A program made the position numbers and the translations under genes. Shown here one piece after another: positions 38,731 to 52,200 of a stretch of 64,000 bases of DNA. Numbering within the stretch: position 1 is the first letter of the stretch; each line of letters starts with the position of its first letter. A model generated the notes under the pieces. The model saw only the letters and a program-made list of their open reading frames with translations. It had not been told where the DNA came from and did no database searches. The DNA is from Octopus sinensis (Eukaryota). The stretch lies in assembly GCF_006345805.1 (NCBI RefSeq), contig NC_043001.1:43090001-43154000 (forward strand). The letters run 5' to 3'.

Positions 38731-39063
38731 TATAATTATTGTTGTTGTTGTTCATTTAGTACAAATATGTGCATTTTCATCATTATTTTATTTATTTTAT
38801 ACAATTTTAGAAGAACAGAAGCATGTCTTTGGCAATTCCAAAGTGTATTGAACTTATTGTGTGTGACTTTAGGCCCAATCTGTATTAACAAATCTCAAAG
38901 TGTTATGCAAAAAAGAAACTATAAGTTTTCGCTTAACAACTACTTTTCTATATACTCCCATATATATAATATAATATTATAAATTCAAAACATATAATAT
39001 ATGTATATCACACCCATACATATATACATGCATATATAAACATACATATATATATATATATTT

Positions 39064-39097
<34 letters not shown>

Positions 39098-40089
39098 TGA
39101 CAGACAGAGATATAGAGACAGACAGACTGAGAAAGAGAGAAATGAGACATATGTGTGTGAATGTGTGTGTGTGTGTGTGTGTGCACGCGTGCATGTGTGT
39201 GTGTGTTGTGTGTGTGTGTGTGTGTGACACTTATTTCTATTTTATTAGATTATATTTCGTGATCAAACTAATTACCTTCTGTAACAGCAGTAAAAGATGA
39301 CTTCGTAACCACAGTCACCATCACCACTACCACCATCACTTCAGCAGTTATGGAAGCACTGCCATGTATCATTAAACTATTACTGATACAATGATCCTTT
39401 CAGGATGCTGCTTAAAAATATCTTCCTTATTTCCTTTAAAACCCAACACATCCGATGATATATTAAAATAACTTCCTACAGTATTTTTTTTCTCTGAACT
39501 ATAAATTTGTCCTTTAATTACTTTATTTACATTACATGATTAACTGAAGCATGTATTTTTGTAAAGAGTTCATGTAGTGTGCATTGTATCTCAAACATTG
39601 ACACACATGATAATGTTAGATTCTAAACGTTTTTCAAACAGAATTTGATATTTCCATTTAAAAGTAATTCCAAACTATCAGGAAATGTTTAAGATTACAA
39701 AACTTTACAAATCAGCTCTTTGCTATTTTTGTCATCGACTTTTATTTTGATACCTTATAACAAGTATTTATGACCAAAATAGCAAACAACTAATTTGTAG
39801 TAGCTTTTTTACTATTTCCTGAAAGTTTGGAATTACTTTAAATGGATACAGGTTGTGGATATGGTTAGTCGTTATTATTATTTGGTTAATACTTATTATG
39901 TGGAATGTTGTTGTTTAAGCCCATTTCAACTCAGGGTAAAACTATAATCAAAGATATTCCAGCCATAGCCATCCTATCTTTTTATAAGTATTGAGGACTA
40001 CATTATATAATAGACACTTCTTTTTTTAAGATGGTATGGTATGATTTACAGAAAATTTGGCTGTTAATTTTAGCAAATAAAGCAAGTGT

Positions 40090-40424
40090 TTAGAGCAACC
40101 GGAGTCTATATGACCCCTGAGTGTTCATATAAGATTTTGGGGGGTCCACATAACAAAATAGTAAATTGGGGATCCACAATAATATTTTAAGGGCCCCTGA
40201 AAAAATTTTGATTTAGATGTACGTATTGTAAGAAACAGATAGGTTTCTTTCTCTAATATTTTATATTGTACTACCTACACAAGTTAATGTGAGAAAAACA
40301 AAACAGGAGTTTTGAAAGAAGTTTCTGTAAGATAAATCTTTAAACATTGAATGACTATGGGAGCTCATCAGAATAAAATAGTAATCAAAGGGGTCCATAG
40401 ATAAAAAATGTTTGAGAACCCCTA
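40090..40424. mobile_element. hAT-type MITE, left end degenerate
   Basis: The right end ...ggggtccatagataaaaaatgtttgagaacccct resembles CAGGGGTTCTCAA-type TIRs. Internal GGGGTCCA motifs are repeated. Confidence 0.5.
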
Positions 40425-41038
40425 ATTTAGAGGCTCTTTTGTTGGCTTGTTATGGTGAAGGTTATATTTATAGAAAAGTCATGATAAAATATGATTTTTT
40501 ATATTTTGTCTGGATTAGAAAATCTTTATTCTGACTCTAATTAAGACTAAAAAAATTCCCAAAAATAGTCAAACAAAAACTATTTCTTCTTTTGGTATTT
40601 TTTAAGGTACCAGAACTGACCACAACAGGATATAATTATTGAAGTATTGATAGTACACTATCAATAGTAAACTATTAATTTTGATTGGCAGAGATGGTTA
40701 CCATCTCTTATTTGCAATATCTTCATTGTATTATCTCCTCCAGATGTTTATCTCTCTAAGCATTATTCCAAATTTACCCATGATTTTCTTATTGTTTTCT
40801 TTGTTCTCATCATGTATCAATTACATCAAGTACTGTTCTAGTATTAAGCATATAAGGGTTACATTAGTTTCAAGTTTTTGGCACAAGGCCAGTAATTTCA
40901 GAAGAGTAAGGAAGCCAATTACATGATCCCAATGTTCAACTGGTAGCTATTTTGTCGACCCAGAAAGGAGGAAAGGTGAAGTTGACCTTGGCAAAATTTG
41001 AACTCAGAACATAATGACAGACAAAATGCTGCTAAGTA

Positions 41039-42277
41039 TTAGGTTGTTTCACATAAAATGTCACATTTTTAATTAATTGTTATTTCAATCATTTAAAAAC
41101 TCAATTATATATACCTTGCATTTAATCTTCACTCTTTTTCTTTGGCAACAATATTGGTATACAAAATTCGTACTCACAGTCCTTATGAAAATGATAACAA
41201 CCGAACTATGTTGAGTGATTTTCTCATATGAGTACAAACTGGGTCACTCGGGCGCAGAAGCTCTACAGAATATAAAGCGAACCTTTGATAATGGTTTTGT
41301 TGACATCAGAACAGTTCAAAGATGGTTCCAAAGCTCTCATTCAGATGATAGCTTTGAAAATAAGTCAAGGGGTAGGCCAAAATCAGTTATTTGGCATGAT
41401 GGATTAAATGCTTTAGTCGAACAAAATCCAAGAACAAAGGTTCAAAAACTTTCATCAGAAATTCAAACATCTCGCACAACAGCTTTTTGGACACCTGTAA
41501 AAAATTGGAAAAGTCAAGAAAATAGATAGGTTTGTTCCACATCAACTTGATGAGATTCAAAAAAACAGACGCCTTGAAGTGTGCTCCTTATTGCTTTCTC
41601 GACTGGGAAAAAAACATTTTTGCATCAAATCATTACTTGTGATGAGAAATGGATATCTTTGACAACAGCAGAACAGGACAGGGATTAGATGCAGGAGAGT
41701 TACCTAAACACTACCTAAACCCACAATTGCACCCTAAAAAGTTAGTGGTCACTGTATGGTGGTCTGCAAAGGGGTTTATTCATTATTCATTTTTGCAACA
41801 AGGGAAAATGGTAACAGCAACATCATATTGCCAGGAAATTGATTGTATGCATGAGAATTTGAAAAAGAAACAACTCAGACTAGTGAATAGAGATTGCCCG
41901 ATTTTGCTCCACGACAATGCACGTCCTCACACTCTTCAAGCTATGGTCCAAAGTTTCAAAGCCTGAATTATGAGATTTTACTACATCCTCCCCATTTCCT
42001 TGATACCTCTCCTACTGATAATCATTTATTTAAGCATTTGGAGCTTTTCATAAGCAATAAAACGTTCTTAAATAGAGAAAAGGTAATTGAAGCATTCGGA
42101 CAGTTTATCACAGCAAAAGATGAATTTTTTTTAAAGATGGAATATATGACATAGAGAAATGTTTGGTAAACATCATAAATGAACATGGATCATACTTTGA
42201 TTAAACAAATCAGTTCTGAAACACTTTTGAAACATTTGTTACCTTTCAAATATGACATTTCATGTGAAACAACCTAA
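41039..42277 (+). mobile_element. Full-length inactive mariner (D,D34D) transposon, 1239 bp
   Basis: 30-bp TIRs TTAGGTTGTTTCACATAAAATGTCACATTT versus TTAGGTTGTTTCACATGAAATGTCATATTT (28/30), with TA on the left. Motifs: TVQRWFQ, TCDEKWI, WWSAKG, HDNARPH, SPTDNHLF. Frameshifted. Confidence 0.96.
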
Positions 42278-42664
42278 CATTTGCCCAGCTAACGATTCAG
42301 CCAGTTCACTACCTTATATGGGAGTCATGTCAACAGTCAACAAGTTTAGTTGAAGTATTACCTTAAATCTATCCCCTTCTTTTACTCTTTTCTGACAAGT
42401 TGTAGTGCACCTGAGCACTGTAAACAAAAAGCTTATCTCTTTGGCAGAGCTACAGTCCTGGATGAAGCATAGACCAAGTCTGGGTGCCTGACACCTTGAG
42501 TGCCACGAGGCACATACAGCCCTCTATTGGTCAGGCAATACAATTGGTGGATATTCCAGCATGGCATTCTATAGATAGTGTAGTGGTTTCATGTAGGTGT
42601 GGTGTGGATTTGATCCTCGATCACCAAATTTCACTTAACAGTTCAACAGCACTTTTCTCACAGT

Positions 42665-43150
42665 AAAACAATTGGTGACCCACGACTTCAACTAAAAACA
42701 TTACCATCACAATTGGTGACCCCATGCTAAAAGAGTTACAACCTTCGCTCCAACAGCCATTGCCTCGTATGCTTCCCGATGTTCTAATACATGATTGCCT
42801 TTACTTCACCAACTTAATTGCATTTAGAAAATGAAGACAATTTTTTGTTCTGCAGTTAAATTTTCTATTTCATCGCTACATTCTGGTGACCCAAGCTTTC
42901 ACATCATGCTTGTCATGTCGAAGACAAGAATAACAACTTTCACTACACACAGTTTCCGTTCCAACTGTCATACAACTCAAAGGAAAAGAACTCGCTAACA
43001 CAATGGACACCTACCATGCACTTTCAACCTGCTACAGAATGCATTCTACTACGTTGCACAGCCATGAAAGAAACATCTACAATCAAAATATGCGACATTT
43101 TGACAGCCTCCAACCAAAAACTACCTAGATGAAAATATAGAAACACACAT
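42665..43150 (+). mobile_element. Possible Gypsy leader/gag relic
   Basis: PBS-like AATTGGTGACCC(ACGAC) at about 42671 and about 42711, followed by a weak FW..P and ..ILLR..A..E gag-like remnant. Confidence 0.35.
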
Positions 43151-43493
43151 GCAACGTTCTCCACAGCCATCACATGTCATGCACATATTTTTGCATTTCA
43201 AATGCTACTTTTTAGTTTTTCAGGACCAGGACATTTTCTAGCCAAGTTTGTCATTTTCATTCTGTTTTGTTTGCACTGCACACCTTCATTTGTTTACATG
43301 TAACACTTAATTCCATAATGATTCAATTCCATGACTTGATTTACTAAAACAACAAAATCCATATGCATATGTTTTTGAATGTTCTATATTTTTATATTTT
43401 TCTCATCGGCCACTGGCTAATCTTAGCAAAGGCTCAAGACAACAACACCAGACACATTTCACTTCTGAAAAACCTTCAAGGCATTTCACACAC

Positions 43494-43528
<35 letters not shown>

Positions 43529-43866
43529 TGAGTTTGGAGGAATATATTATCTGAACAGATACCATATTAGCTCAAAGTTAAGTTCCAGTTAATGGCTAAC
43601 CACTACGATCAGTATTTAACATCTGTGACAACAATTTGTTGCTAGTCACTCTGTCAATTCTTCTGATTGGTAATTCCATCTATGCTACTCTGGACAGTAA
43701 AAATTGTCTGGAGCATATATTATTATTAATAATAAATATGTAGACTTGTACATCCACAAAATTTATTTTATAGTTATATACAGCATATTATGACAACTTA
43801 CATATGTTTCTGCTGTAGCAACTACTCACTGTTTATTATTAATAATATTATATATATACAAAATTA

Positions 43867-44379
43867 AGAGGACTGACCACTAAAAGTGGACAGCCTATAT
43901 GCTAAACATAGACGTCAAATTTAATTTTAATTTTAAATAAAATATTTAATTTTAAATAAAAAATGTTCTCTAACTGGTAAATTGACTGCTGTAGTTTATT
44001 AACTGCAGAGTAGTTTCCGATCTCAGTGCACCAAAGTGAAGACATTTGAAAGATACACTTAAATATAATTTGTAGAACTTTATACATGCTGGATTTCGGT
44101 TGAGCGTTCTGTATCTAGTTCTGGAAATTGTGTTTTGTAAACGACAGACTATGCTGATGATCTTGCAGATGTTTGTGTGTCCATATACGTAAATATTAAC
44201 AGGTGAAACCAACGGTACATAGGTAATCATTTTTTATTTCGCATATTTTCATTTGTCCTGCTTATTTTTACATTTTGGTTTTTGCTGAGATTTTTCTTGA
44301 AAACGCATTCTTCATGGTAATAGCGATTTGACGTCTATGTTTAGCATATAGGCTGTCCACTTTTAGTGGTCAGTCCTCT
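43867..44379. mobile_element. 513-bp MITE with perfect 54-bp TIRs and TA duplication
   Basis: TA|AGAGGACTGACC...GACGTCAAAT (43867-43920) is the exact reverse complement of 44326-44379|TA. Confidence 0.93.
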
Positions 44380-44462
44380 TATTTGGTATGTAAAACAGTT
44401 TTTAATCTTTCGATTTTTTAAAAAATATGCTAAGCCATATTAATATCAATTTCTACCCTTAT

Positions 44463-44503
<41 letters not shown>

Positions 44504-44559
44504 TGTATGTATGTATGTATGTATGTGTGTGTCTTTGTGTGTGTGTGTGTCTTTGTGTC

Positions 44560-44775
44560 TGTGTTTGTCCCCCACCACCACTTGACAACTAGTGTTGATA
44601 TTTACATCCCTGTAACTTAACAGTTCAGCAAGAGAGACTGATAGAAGAAGTACCGGGCTTAAGAAATAGAAAAAAAGTACTGGGTTCGATTCATTTGTCT
44701 AAAATTCTTCAAGGTTGTGCCCCAGCATGGCCACAGTCTAATGACTGAAGCAAGTAAAAGAATAAAAGAACAAAA
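44560..44775 (+). mobile_element. 3' half of the abundant tRNA-derived SINE (further fragments at about 12826-12908, 30050-30170, 35290-35420, 46022-46120, 48475-48632, 55370-55760, 57865-58050, 58530-58650)
   Basis: Shares ccccagcatggcc.cagtc.aatgactgaa.caagtaaaaga and other segments with the full-length copy at 47722-48130. Confidence 0.75.
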
Positions 44776-45938
44776 GAATTGGGTTCCTTGAGCCTTAACC
44801 TAGCCCTCACTATGCAAAAAGATCAAAAATGAATTATTGTGTCTAATCTATTGATAATTTAAAGTGAACTTATGCACTTTCTCCAAAGTGCAACAACTTG
44901 TATACAAAATCATAAGTTAATTAAAGATAAAAAGAAGATAGATACTGTAAACATATGTGAAGAATTCATGTGAAATAAGATGTGAGATAGGAAGATCTTA
45001 AAACCTAATTATAGTGTTCTTGAAATTGAGAATTTGACTTAAGACAAATGATTGCCTGAAACTTCTATCTGAACTGATGTATTGATAAATTCCATGTCTA
45101 TCTCGTGAAATGCTAATTAACTTACAGTCATTTAAAATTAATTACAGGCACAGTTTATCTAATACTATTGCTTTCCATAATAAATTTTTTAAAAATAACT
45201 AATGTAAGGGAATTAACTCAAGTGAGCCAGTAGCATGAATTTAGTAAAACAAGCTAAAGGATGATATACTGAACGCTGTATGAAAAAAATTTCAATTAAT
45301 TAAAATTTTTTAGATGGAGGAAGGAAACAAATACCTAGCAATAATTATTAATGATGTTCAAGAAAAGAAAGAGATAACTCTTGAAATTAAGAATTGATTA
45401 CATAAAATAAATTTACATGCCTAGAGAAAAATTTTAGCATATTTTTTGCAGGTAGGGGAAGCAACTATGGATATGTTTTACTTTACTGAAACTCATTAGT
45501 CAAAGATACTGTAGCGTCTAATTCTATTTCTTTGTAATTCATGTAAGTAGTTGTAACTGACATCAGACTTAAGTTTTTTTGTTGTTGTTATTGCAATTTA
45601 ATCTCAAGACTAATGATTGAGCAAATTTCATTGAAAAGCATTCCAACCATGACCATCCCATCTTTTATTATATAGAGTGTCTTACAAAGATAGTAGAGAG
45701 TGATCTGAGGCAGATTTGACTGCAATTTCAAGCAGAGCAAGCAAGAGAGAAATTTTCTACCATAACAGCTTTGAGAGTTCTTTGATTTTGAAGAGTAAAA
45801 TTAAGCCTACTGTCTTGTTAGTAACTACAACTAAGAAATACCAAACTAAGTTAGGCATGGAATACTTCGGATCATTTCTCTGACTTGAACAAACAGAAAG
45901 GGATTAGAAGAACAGAGACTAAAATTTAATCAAAATGG

Positions 45939-45977
<39 letters not shown>

Positions 45978-46139
45978 TGTGTGTGTGCGTGTGTGAGCAT
46001 GTGTACATGTGTGTATTCCCTTTTCTTTTACTTGTTTCAGTCATGAGATTGCAGCCATGCTGGGGCACCACCTTAAAGAATTTTTAGTCGAATGAACTGA
46101 CCCCAGTACTTGTTTTTTTTTATCTATATATATAAATTC

Positions 46140-46434
46140 CCAGTGATTAGGGCAGTGGACTCATGGTCGTAGGATCGTAGTTTCAATTCCCAAACCGAGC
46201 GTTGTGAGTGTTTATTGAGCAAAAACACCTAAAGCTTCACAAGGCTCTGGCAGAGTGTGGTGGTGATCCCTGCTGTACTCTTTTGCCAAAACTTTCTCTC
46301 ACTCTTTCTTCTGTTGGCCTGCTCGCTTAGCCAGTGGGGTGGTGTCATTTGAAGGCTAAAACAATGCAAAGCACATTGTAACCAGTGATGTCTAGCAACA
46401 TCTGATAGCTTGGTCGGTCACAGTGATCACGGTG

Positions 46435-46437
<3 letters not shown>
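46140..46437 (+). mobile_element. tRNA-derived SINE, third family
   Basis: Head cagtgattagggcagtggactc...gtttcaattccc (A/B-box-like); tail ggtcggtcacagtgatcacggtgata shared with 2848-2990. Confidence 0.6.
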
Positions 46438-46488
<51 letters not shown>

Positions 46489-46549
46489 ATATATATATAT
46501 ATTTATATGTATATATATATATTCATATATATATATATGTGTGTGTGTG

Positions 46550-46767
46550 TGAACACCATGATAGATCGTTAGCTCCTACACGTATTTTTTTTCTCTCCTT
46601 GTTTCTCTCCTTGTTTCTCTTTGTTTTTCTATGTATCTTTCTGTCGAAGAGCGTAGGCTCAAAACGTAAAAGACTTGTTCTATTTCTATTCCTGAGTGCC
46701 ATACTAATACATTTGTTTGTTTGTACTCCACTGCCTTCGTCTTTTGTTATTTTTGTAAACCTTCCCG

Positions 46768-46778
<11 letters not shown>
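46550..46778 (+). mobile_element. Solo Penelope-type pseudo-LTR with a degenerate minimal hammerhead-like motif; second copy at about 48905-49090
   Basis: ccatgatagatcgttagc...tcttt-CTGTCGA-A-GAGC-gtag-GCTC-aAAAC-GTA-aaaga...atactaatacat. The two copies are clearly homologous and both abut microsatellites. Confidence 0.55.
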
Positions 46779-46810
<32 letters not shown>

Positions 46811-46811
<1 letters not shown>

Positions 46812-48217
46812 GGCAATAAGAAAATGGAGGGGATCAAGAGGTGGTATTCAACTTTTAGACATTATATTATGTCTATTTATTTATTTAAAAAAAACAATTA
46901 TAACAATATACATAAATGTATAACATATAATGCTTTACATATATAAAAATACCAGTAATTATTAAAAATGTATAACGTAGAACATAGAAAGTAGAATAGT
47001 TTCTTACAGCTGTTTCAGACAAGAGGTCATAGTGCTCCACTTTACTTCCATTCCTTCAGTGAACTGACATATTTGGTAGATAAGATTAAGGTACTTGGGT
47101 ATGCCTCTGGGCTTCATCAGAGAGTTTAGAAAGTTCGTAATGTTAAGTTATAAATATAAATACATACATATATATAATAATATACAATATACATATATAT
47201 ATATAATAAAACTACAATAATCTTAATATAGATTGAGTATTTAAATTCCACTATTATTTCTCTTTTGATAATTTTCTCTTTCCTCTGTTTATACTTTATC
47301 TAATAAGAATAATATAATACACCTAATAATAATAATAATTGATTCCTTTGTATGCATATACATATATATAAATATATAGATATGTATTTATGTATATTTA
47401 CGTATATGTATGTATATGTAAAAATGTGTATATGTGTATGTATTTATACTTATAACTTAACATTACGAACTTTCTAAACTCTCTGACAAAGCCCAGAAGC
47501 ATACCCAAGTACCTTAATCTTATCTACCAAATACGTCAGTTCACTGAAGGAATGGAAGTAAAGTGGAGCACTATGACCTCTTGGCTGAAACAGCTGTAAG
47601 AAACTATTCTACTTTCTATGTTCTACGTTATATATTTTTTATGATTACTGGTATTTTTATATATGTAAAGCATAATATGTTATACATGTATGTATAATGT
47701 TATAATTGTTATTTTTAAATACTCTTTTAATCTTTTACTCTTTTACTTGTTTCAGTCATTTGACTGCGGCTATGCTGGAGCACCACCTTTAGTCGAGCAA
47801 ATTGACCCCGGGACTTATTCTTTGTAAGCCCAGTACTTATTCTATCGGTCTCTTTTTGCCGAACCGCTAAGTGATGGGAACATAAACACACCAGCATCGG
47901 TTGTCAAGCAATGCTAGGGGGACAAACACACACACACACATATATACATATACATACATATATACGACAGGCTTCTTTCAGTTTCCGTCTACCAAATCCA
48001 CTCACAAGGCATTGGTCGACCCGGGGCTATAGCAGAAGACACTTGCCCAAGATGCCACGCAGTGGGACTGAACCCGGAACCATGTGGTTGGTTAGCAAGC
48101 TACTTAACACACAGCCACTCCTGCGCCTATGAATAAATATAATAAATAATAGACATAATATAATGTCTAAAAGTTGATGAATACCAGCTCTTGATCCCCT
48201 TCATTTTCTTATTGCCG
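46811..48217. mobile_element. Long-TIR foldback element (about 355-bp arms), TA-flanked, right arm split by a SINE
   Basis: TA|CGGCAATAAG... (46811 to about 47168) is mirrored by about 47437-47721 plus 48131-48217 ...CTTATTGCCG|TA. Confidence 0.9.
47722..48130 (-). mobile_element. Full-length abundant tRNA-derived SINE (Octopus-type)
   Basis: Minus strand aggcgcaggagTGGCTGTGTGTT (A box)...GGTTCAGTCCC (B box), an internal (TA/CA)n, and an (aaaaga)n tail. Confidence 0.88.
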
Positions 48218-48381
48218 TATAAATTAAGGGTAAAACAACTTTTTACCCTCGCCCTGCCATGCAATTAAAAAACACTTGTGTATTAATAATTGGGTATTCT
48301 ACCAGTAGTATATTGGATAGATATTATCCCTTAGTTGTTGGATTTCCAACCTCTAACTCTCTTGGAATTATATATATATAT

Positions 48382-48419
<38 letters not shown>

Positions 48420-49193
48420 TATATATATATATATAATATATATATATAAATATATTATATATACATATATATATGCACGATTGGCTTCTTTTGGTTTCCA
48501 TCTGCCAAATCCACTCACAAGGCTTTGGTGGAACCGAAGCTGTATAGAAGACGCTAGCCCAAGGTGCCATGCAGTGGTACTGAACACAGAACCATGTGGT
48601 TAGAAAGCAAACTTCTTACCACACAGCCACACCTATCATTATTTGCATGGTGCAGCCAGAATCTAAACAATATATTGTTATGTTCTAATAGATTCAAAAC
48701 ATATCAACAAATGCTAGTTGCTGTTTTCATTACAGGAGATCAGCTTCTTCTTATGACAATTATTTATGTACAACACACCTGATACATTGGTGCAAGGTAT
48801 TCTAAGAACTAGTGTTTCAACATGGTATATCTCTGGCTGATGAGACACTGTATGTTAAAGCAATTCATGTCTCAAATTCAATATTATTCAATTTCTTATG
48901 TAGTAGCCATGATAGATCGTTAGCCACTACACACATTTTTTTCTCTCCTTGTTTTTTCTATGTCCCTTTCTGTAGAAGAGCATAGGTTCAAAACGTAAAA
49001 GACTTTTTCTATTCCTGAGTGTTATACTAATACATCTGTTTGTTTTGTACACCACCTGTCTTTGTCTTTTGTTGTTTTTGTAAACTCTCCCTATACACAC
49101 ACACACACACACCACACACACACACACATTTATGAATTTGTGTTGTAAGATTCCTGATGTGAAACAGTGTGTTGAAGCAGATATTGTTGTATT

Positions 49194-49516
49194 TCGGGAT
49201 GGTCATTATTTTTTTTTCCAAATAAACACACACACTGTATATATATTCTTCACACATTTATTACTGTTCTTATTCTAACTCATGTTCATTGTCCAGAAAT
49301 CTTTCATCATACATCTGTGACCTCTTCAGCAACATAGAAGAACAGAAGAGCACACATGAAGATGGAAAATGTTGCTAAAGAGGTCACAGATGTATAACAA
49401 AAGATTTCTGGACAATGGACATGAGTTAGAATAAGAACAGTAATAAATGGGTGAAGAATGAATATATAGTGTGTGTGTGTTTATTTGACCAAAAAAAGAA
49501 AAAATGACCATCCCGA
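49194..49516. repeat. Long imperfect palindrome: about 142/148-bp arms, 33-nt loop
   Basis: 49194-49335 (tcgggatggtcatt...gacctcttcagcaacat) pairs with 49369-49516 (atgttgctaaagaggtc...aatgaccatcccga). Confidence 0.92.
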
Positions 49517-49558
49517 TGTGTGTGTGTGTGCGTGTGTAATCTATATATATAATCTAAG

Positions 49559-49599
<41 letters not shown>

Positions 49600-51780
49600 T
49601 TTATATTTATATTGCCTAAATTACATTTAATACATTTGTACCCATATACAAAAGGTGCACCTGTTATTGTTAATGAATATCTAAATAGTAGCTCCAAAAA
49701 GCTTTAGAATTTTCAGGCCAACAAAGAAACCATTGAACTTATATTCAACAAATTTATTCAGTAAGTGGTACAAAGAAAATGTACAAAAATTTTCTTAAGT
49801 TCCGCAGATAACTCTTCTTTATTGGAACAATTTAGAGAACTACAAAGCAATGCATATACGTGAACATATATTTTAGAGATAGATACTTGTCCAACTTGTG
49901 AATATGTGGAATAAGTGGGTGTTAAAATGGTAAAAGGTTGATGCTAGTGGTGGTGGTGGTGAGGCAGTGGAAGAGGAGGAGGACTTGGTGTATGCATTGT
50001 ATGAATGTGCACATTTGAGTATGTACATGTACATAGGAATTACATATTACATTCTAACCATATATTTCAGATTTTAATGATTGCTATTCTAATATTGTTT
50101 ATATGTAGTATATCCTATTTTCTCTGCAGATGTGATTTTTATCTAACCAATATAATGAAACATATCCAAAGAATTTTAAATAAAAATTCCTTTGGAAAAA
50201 AGTACAAAGGTTGCCATTTTCAGTGGAGAATAAACCAAAGCAAGATCTTTTCACCATCTTTATCAATTCCAAACAGCAAACAATTAAACTTAGAAGTTAT
50301 ATTAAAATGATTTTTTCTGATTTTCCAATTTTCTGTGAAAAGCATGGGAAAGTAAAAAGATATATGCATATATGATTATAAAATAAATAAATAAAACACA
50401 TATACAATATACACACATACATGCATACACATATTATATACATGTACACAATCACACACACACATAATTACAATTATAGAATATATAAAAATGAATATGT
50501 TTTTCAACTGCAACTGGAAACTATCATTAATTTTAATCACTTACAAGGTTTCCTGCCTAAAACATTAGTTATAAATTCAACGGTTATAGGTTTTCTTTGC
50601 AAATTATTTTACCTTTATATACTTGCATTAGAGATTGATTAATTTGTGAAGAGCTTTTCCTATTATGTGGGGAAAGGTATTTATTATGATTTGTTATTAA
50701 CTTTTTGTAAGTTTTGCTTATAAAATTATACAATAATATTTGTATTTTCTGTACATTCTTTCACTTGTGTAAATCACATTATATTTATCTATTGCATGTT
50801 TTGCTCTAACTGATGTAAATCTTTTTTTTTTCTCATAGCATATTTTCCATGAGGCCCATTGAATATATGTAGAAAATAATAGATTTGAAATTAAAAAAAA
50901 ACATTTTTTTAGTTGCTAACAATGTTTCTCAAAATAACTCCCCAAAGGTGCTAAAGTACACGTACTTTAATTTTCATATAAACTTTAGAAAACTCTTGAT
51001 ATACTACTGTTCAAGTCTCCTGTTATACTTTTCAAAATATGAACAGCTGTATGAAATTAACAAGTCTTCAGCTTCTATTTTAGAAAATTAGACAAAATTC
51101 TATTGAAACTGAATGCAAAGAAATATGTAATATAACTGAACCATCCAATCTTTTTGGAACTGAAATGGCTTTAACTTCAATTACTATGTGAATAGACATC
51201 ATTTGTATTTGTTTGCTTATTTTTAAAATTCTCTTTTACATAATTTTTGAAAATTATTGCTCTTGTACTTTAATTATACAATATTTTTTATTTCATGTAC
51301 AATGATTTGAAGAAAGTTTATATGTTTTCTTAATTGACAAACAGATCATGTTCTGAACAATATATTGCTTTAGTTCAGTTCATGTACATGCATATGTAAA
51401 TGTTTACATGCATGTGTATATGTACATGTTCAATACATGTAAATTGTTGCATATGAGAGATTTTGAGCTCAATAATGCAAGCAGAAGAAACATTTAACTT
51501 CTACTAGAGTTAACTTTACTTTTCATCATTGTGATAAAATAAATACAGGTCAAGTATTGGAATTGATTTGATCAACTGTACCTTCTTTGTTAAAAATTAG
51601 TGGCTTCAAACCAATATTAGAAATCAATAAGCTATTCTCCTTAGAGGCTGGTGATATATTTCTTGCTATCGTTTAACAATTTGAATCACTTTGGTATTTC
51701 TGTCTTAAATTTTTAGATAATGAAAAAATATCTATGATTTCCTTAGTAATTGAAACTACAATTAAAGAGATATATTTGAA

Positions 51781-52200
51781 ATCATCATCATCGTTTAATG
51801 TCCGTTTTCGATGCTAGCATGGGATGGACGGTACGACTGGGGTCTGGGAAGCTAGGCAGTCGCACCAGGCTCCAGTCTGATCTGGCAGAGTTTCTACAGC
51901 TGGATGCCCTTCCTAACGCCAACCACTCTGTGAGTGTAGTGGGTGCTTTTTACCGGCCACTAGCACAGGTGCCAGGGGAGGCTGGCAATGGCCACAATTG
52001 GTTGGTACTTTTTACATGCCACCAGCATGGAAGCCAGTCAAGGCGGCACTGGCATTGGCCACATTCAGATGGTGCTTTTTATGTGCCACCGGTACAGGTA
52101 TCACAACTACAATTTCCATTTGATTTTTTGATGTTGATGTACTTGACTCAATAGGTCTCCTCAAGCACAGCAGGTCACCCTATGATCCAAGGTAAGCACA
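51781..52200 (-). mobile_element. RTE-tail SINE-like element
   Basis: Reverse complement of the 11580-11762 tail, with (CAT)n at the left end. Confidence 0.8.

Noticed and set aside
47990-48130. tRNA gene
   Set aside because: The A/B boxes belong to a SINE head; there is no complete cloverleaf, and it continues into SINE body sequence.
48737-48797. Candidate short exon (ttttcattacAG...CAAG|gtattc)
   Set aside because: Weak donor, no recognisable product and no partner exons. Similar isolated splice-like signals at 33962-33991, 54390-54500 and 60560-60770 were also dismissed.
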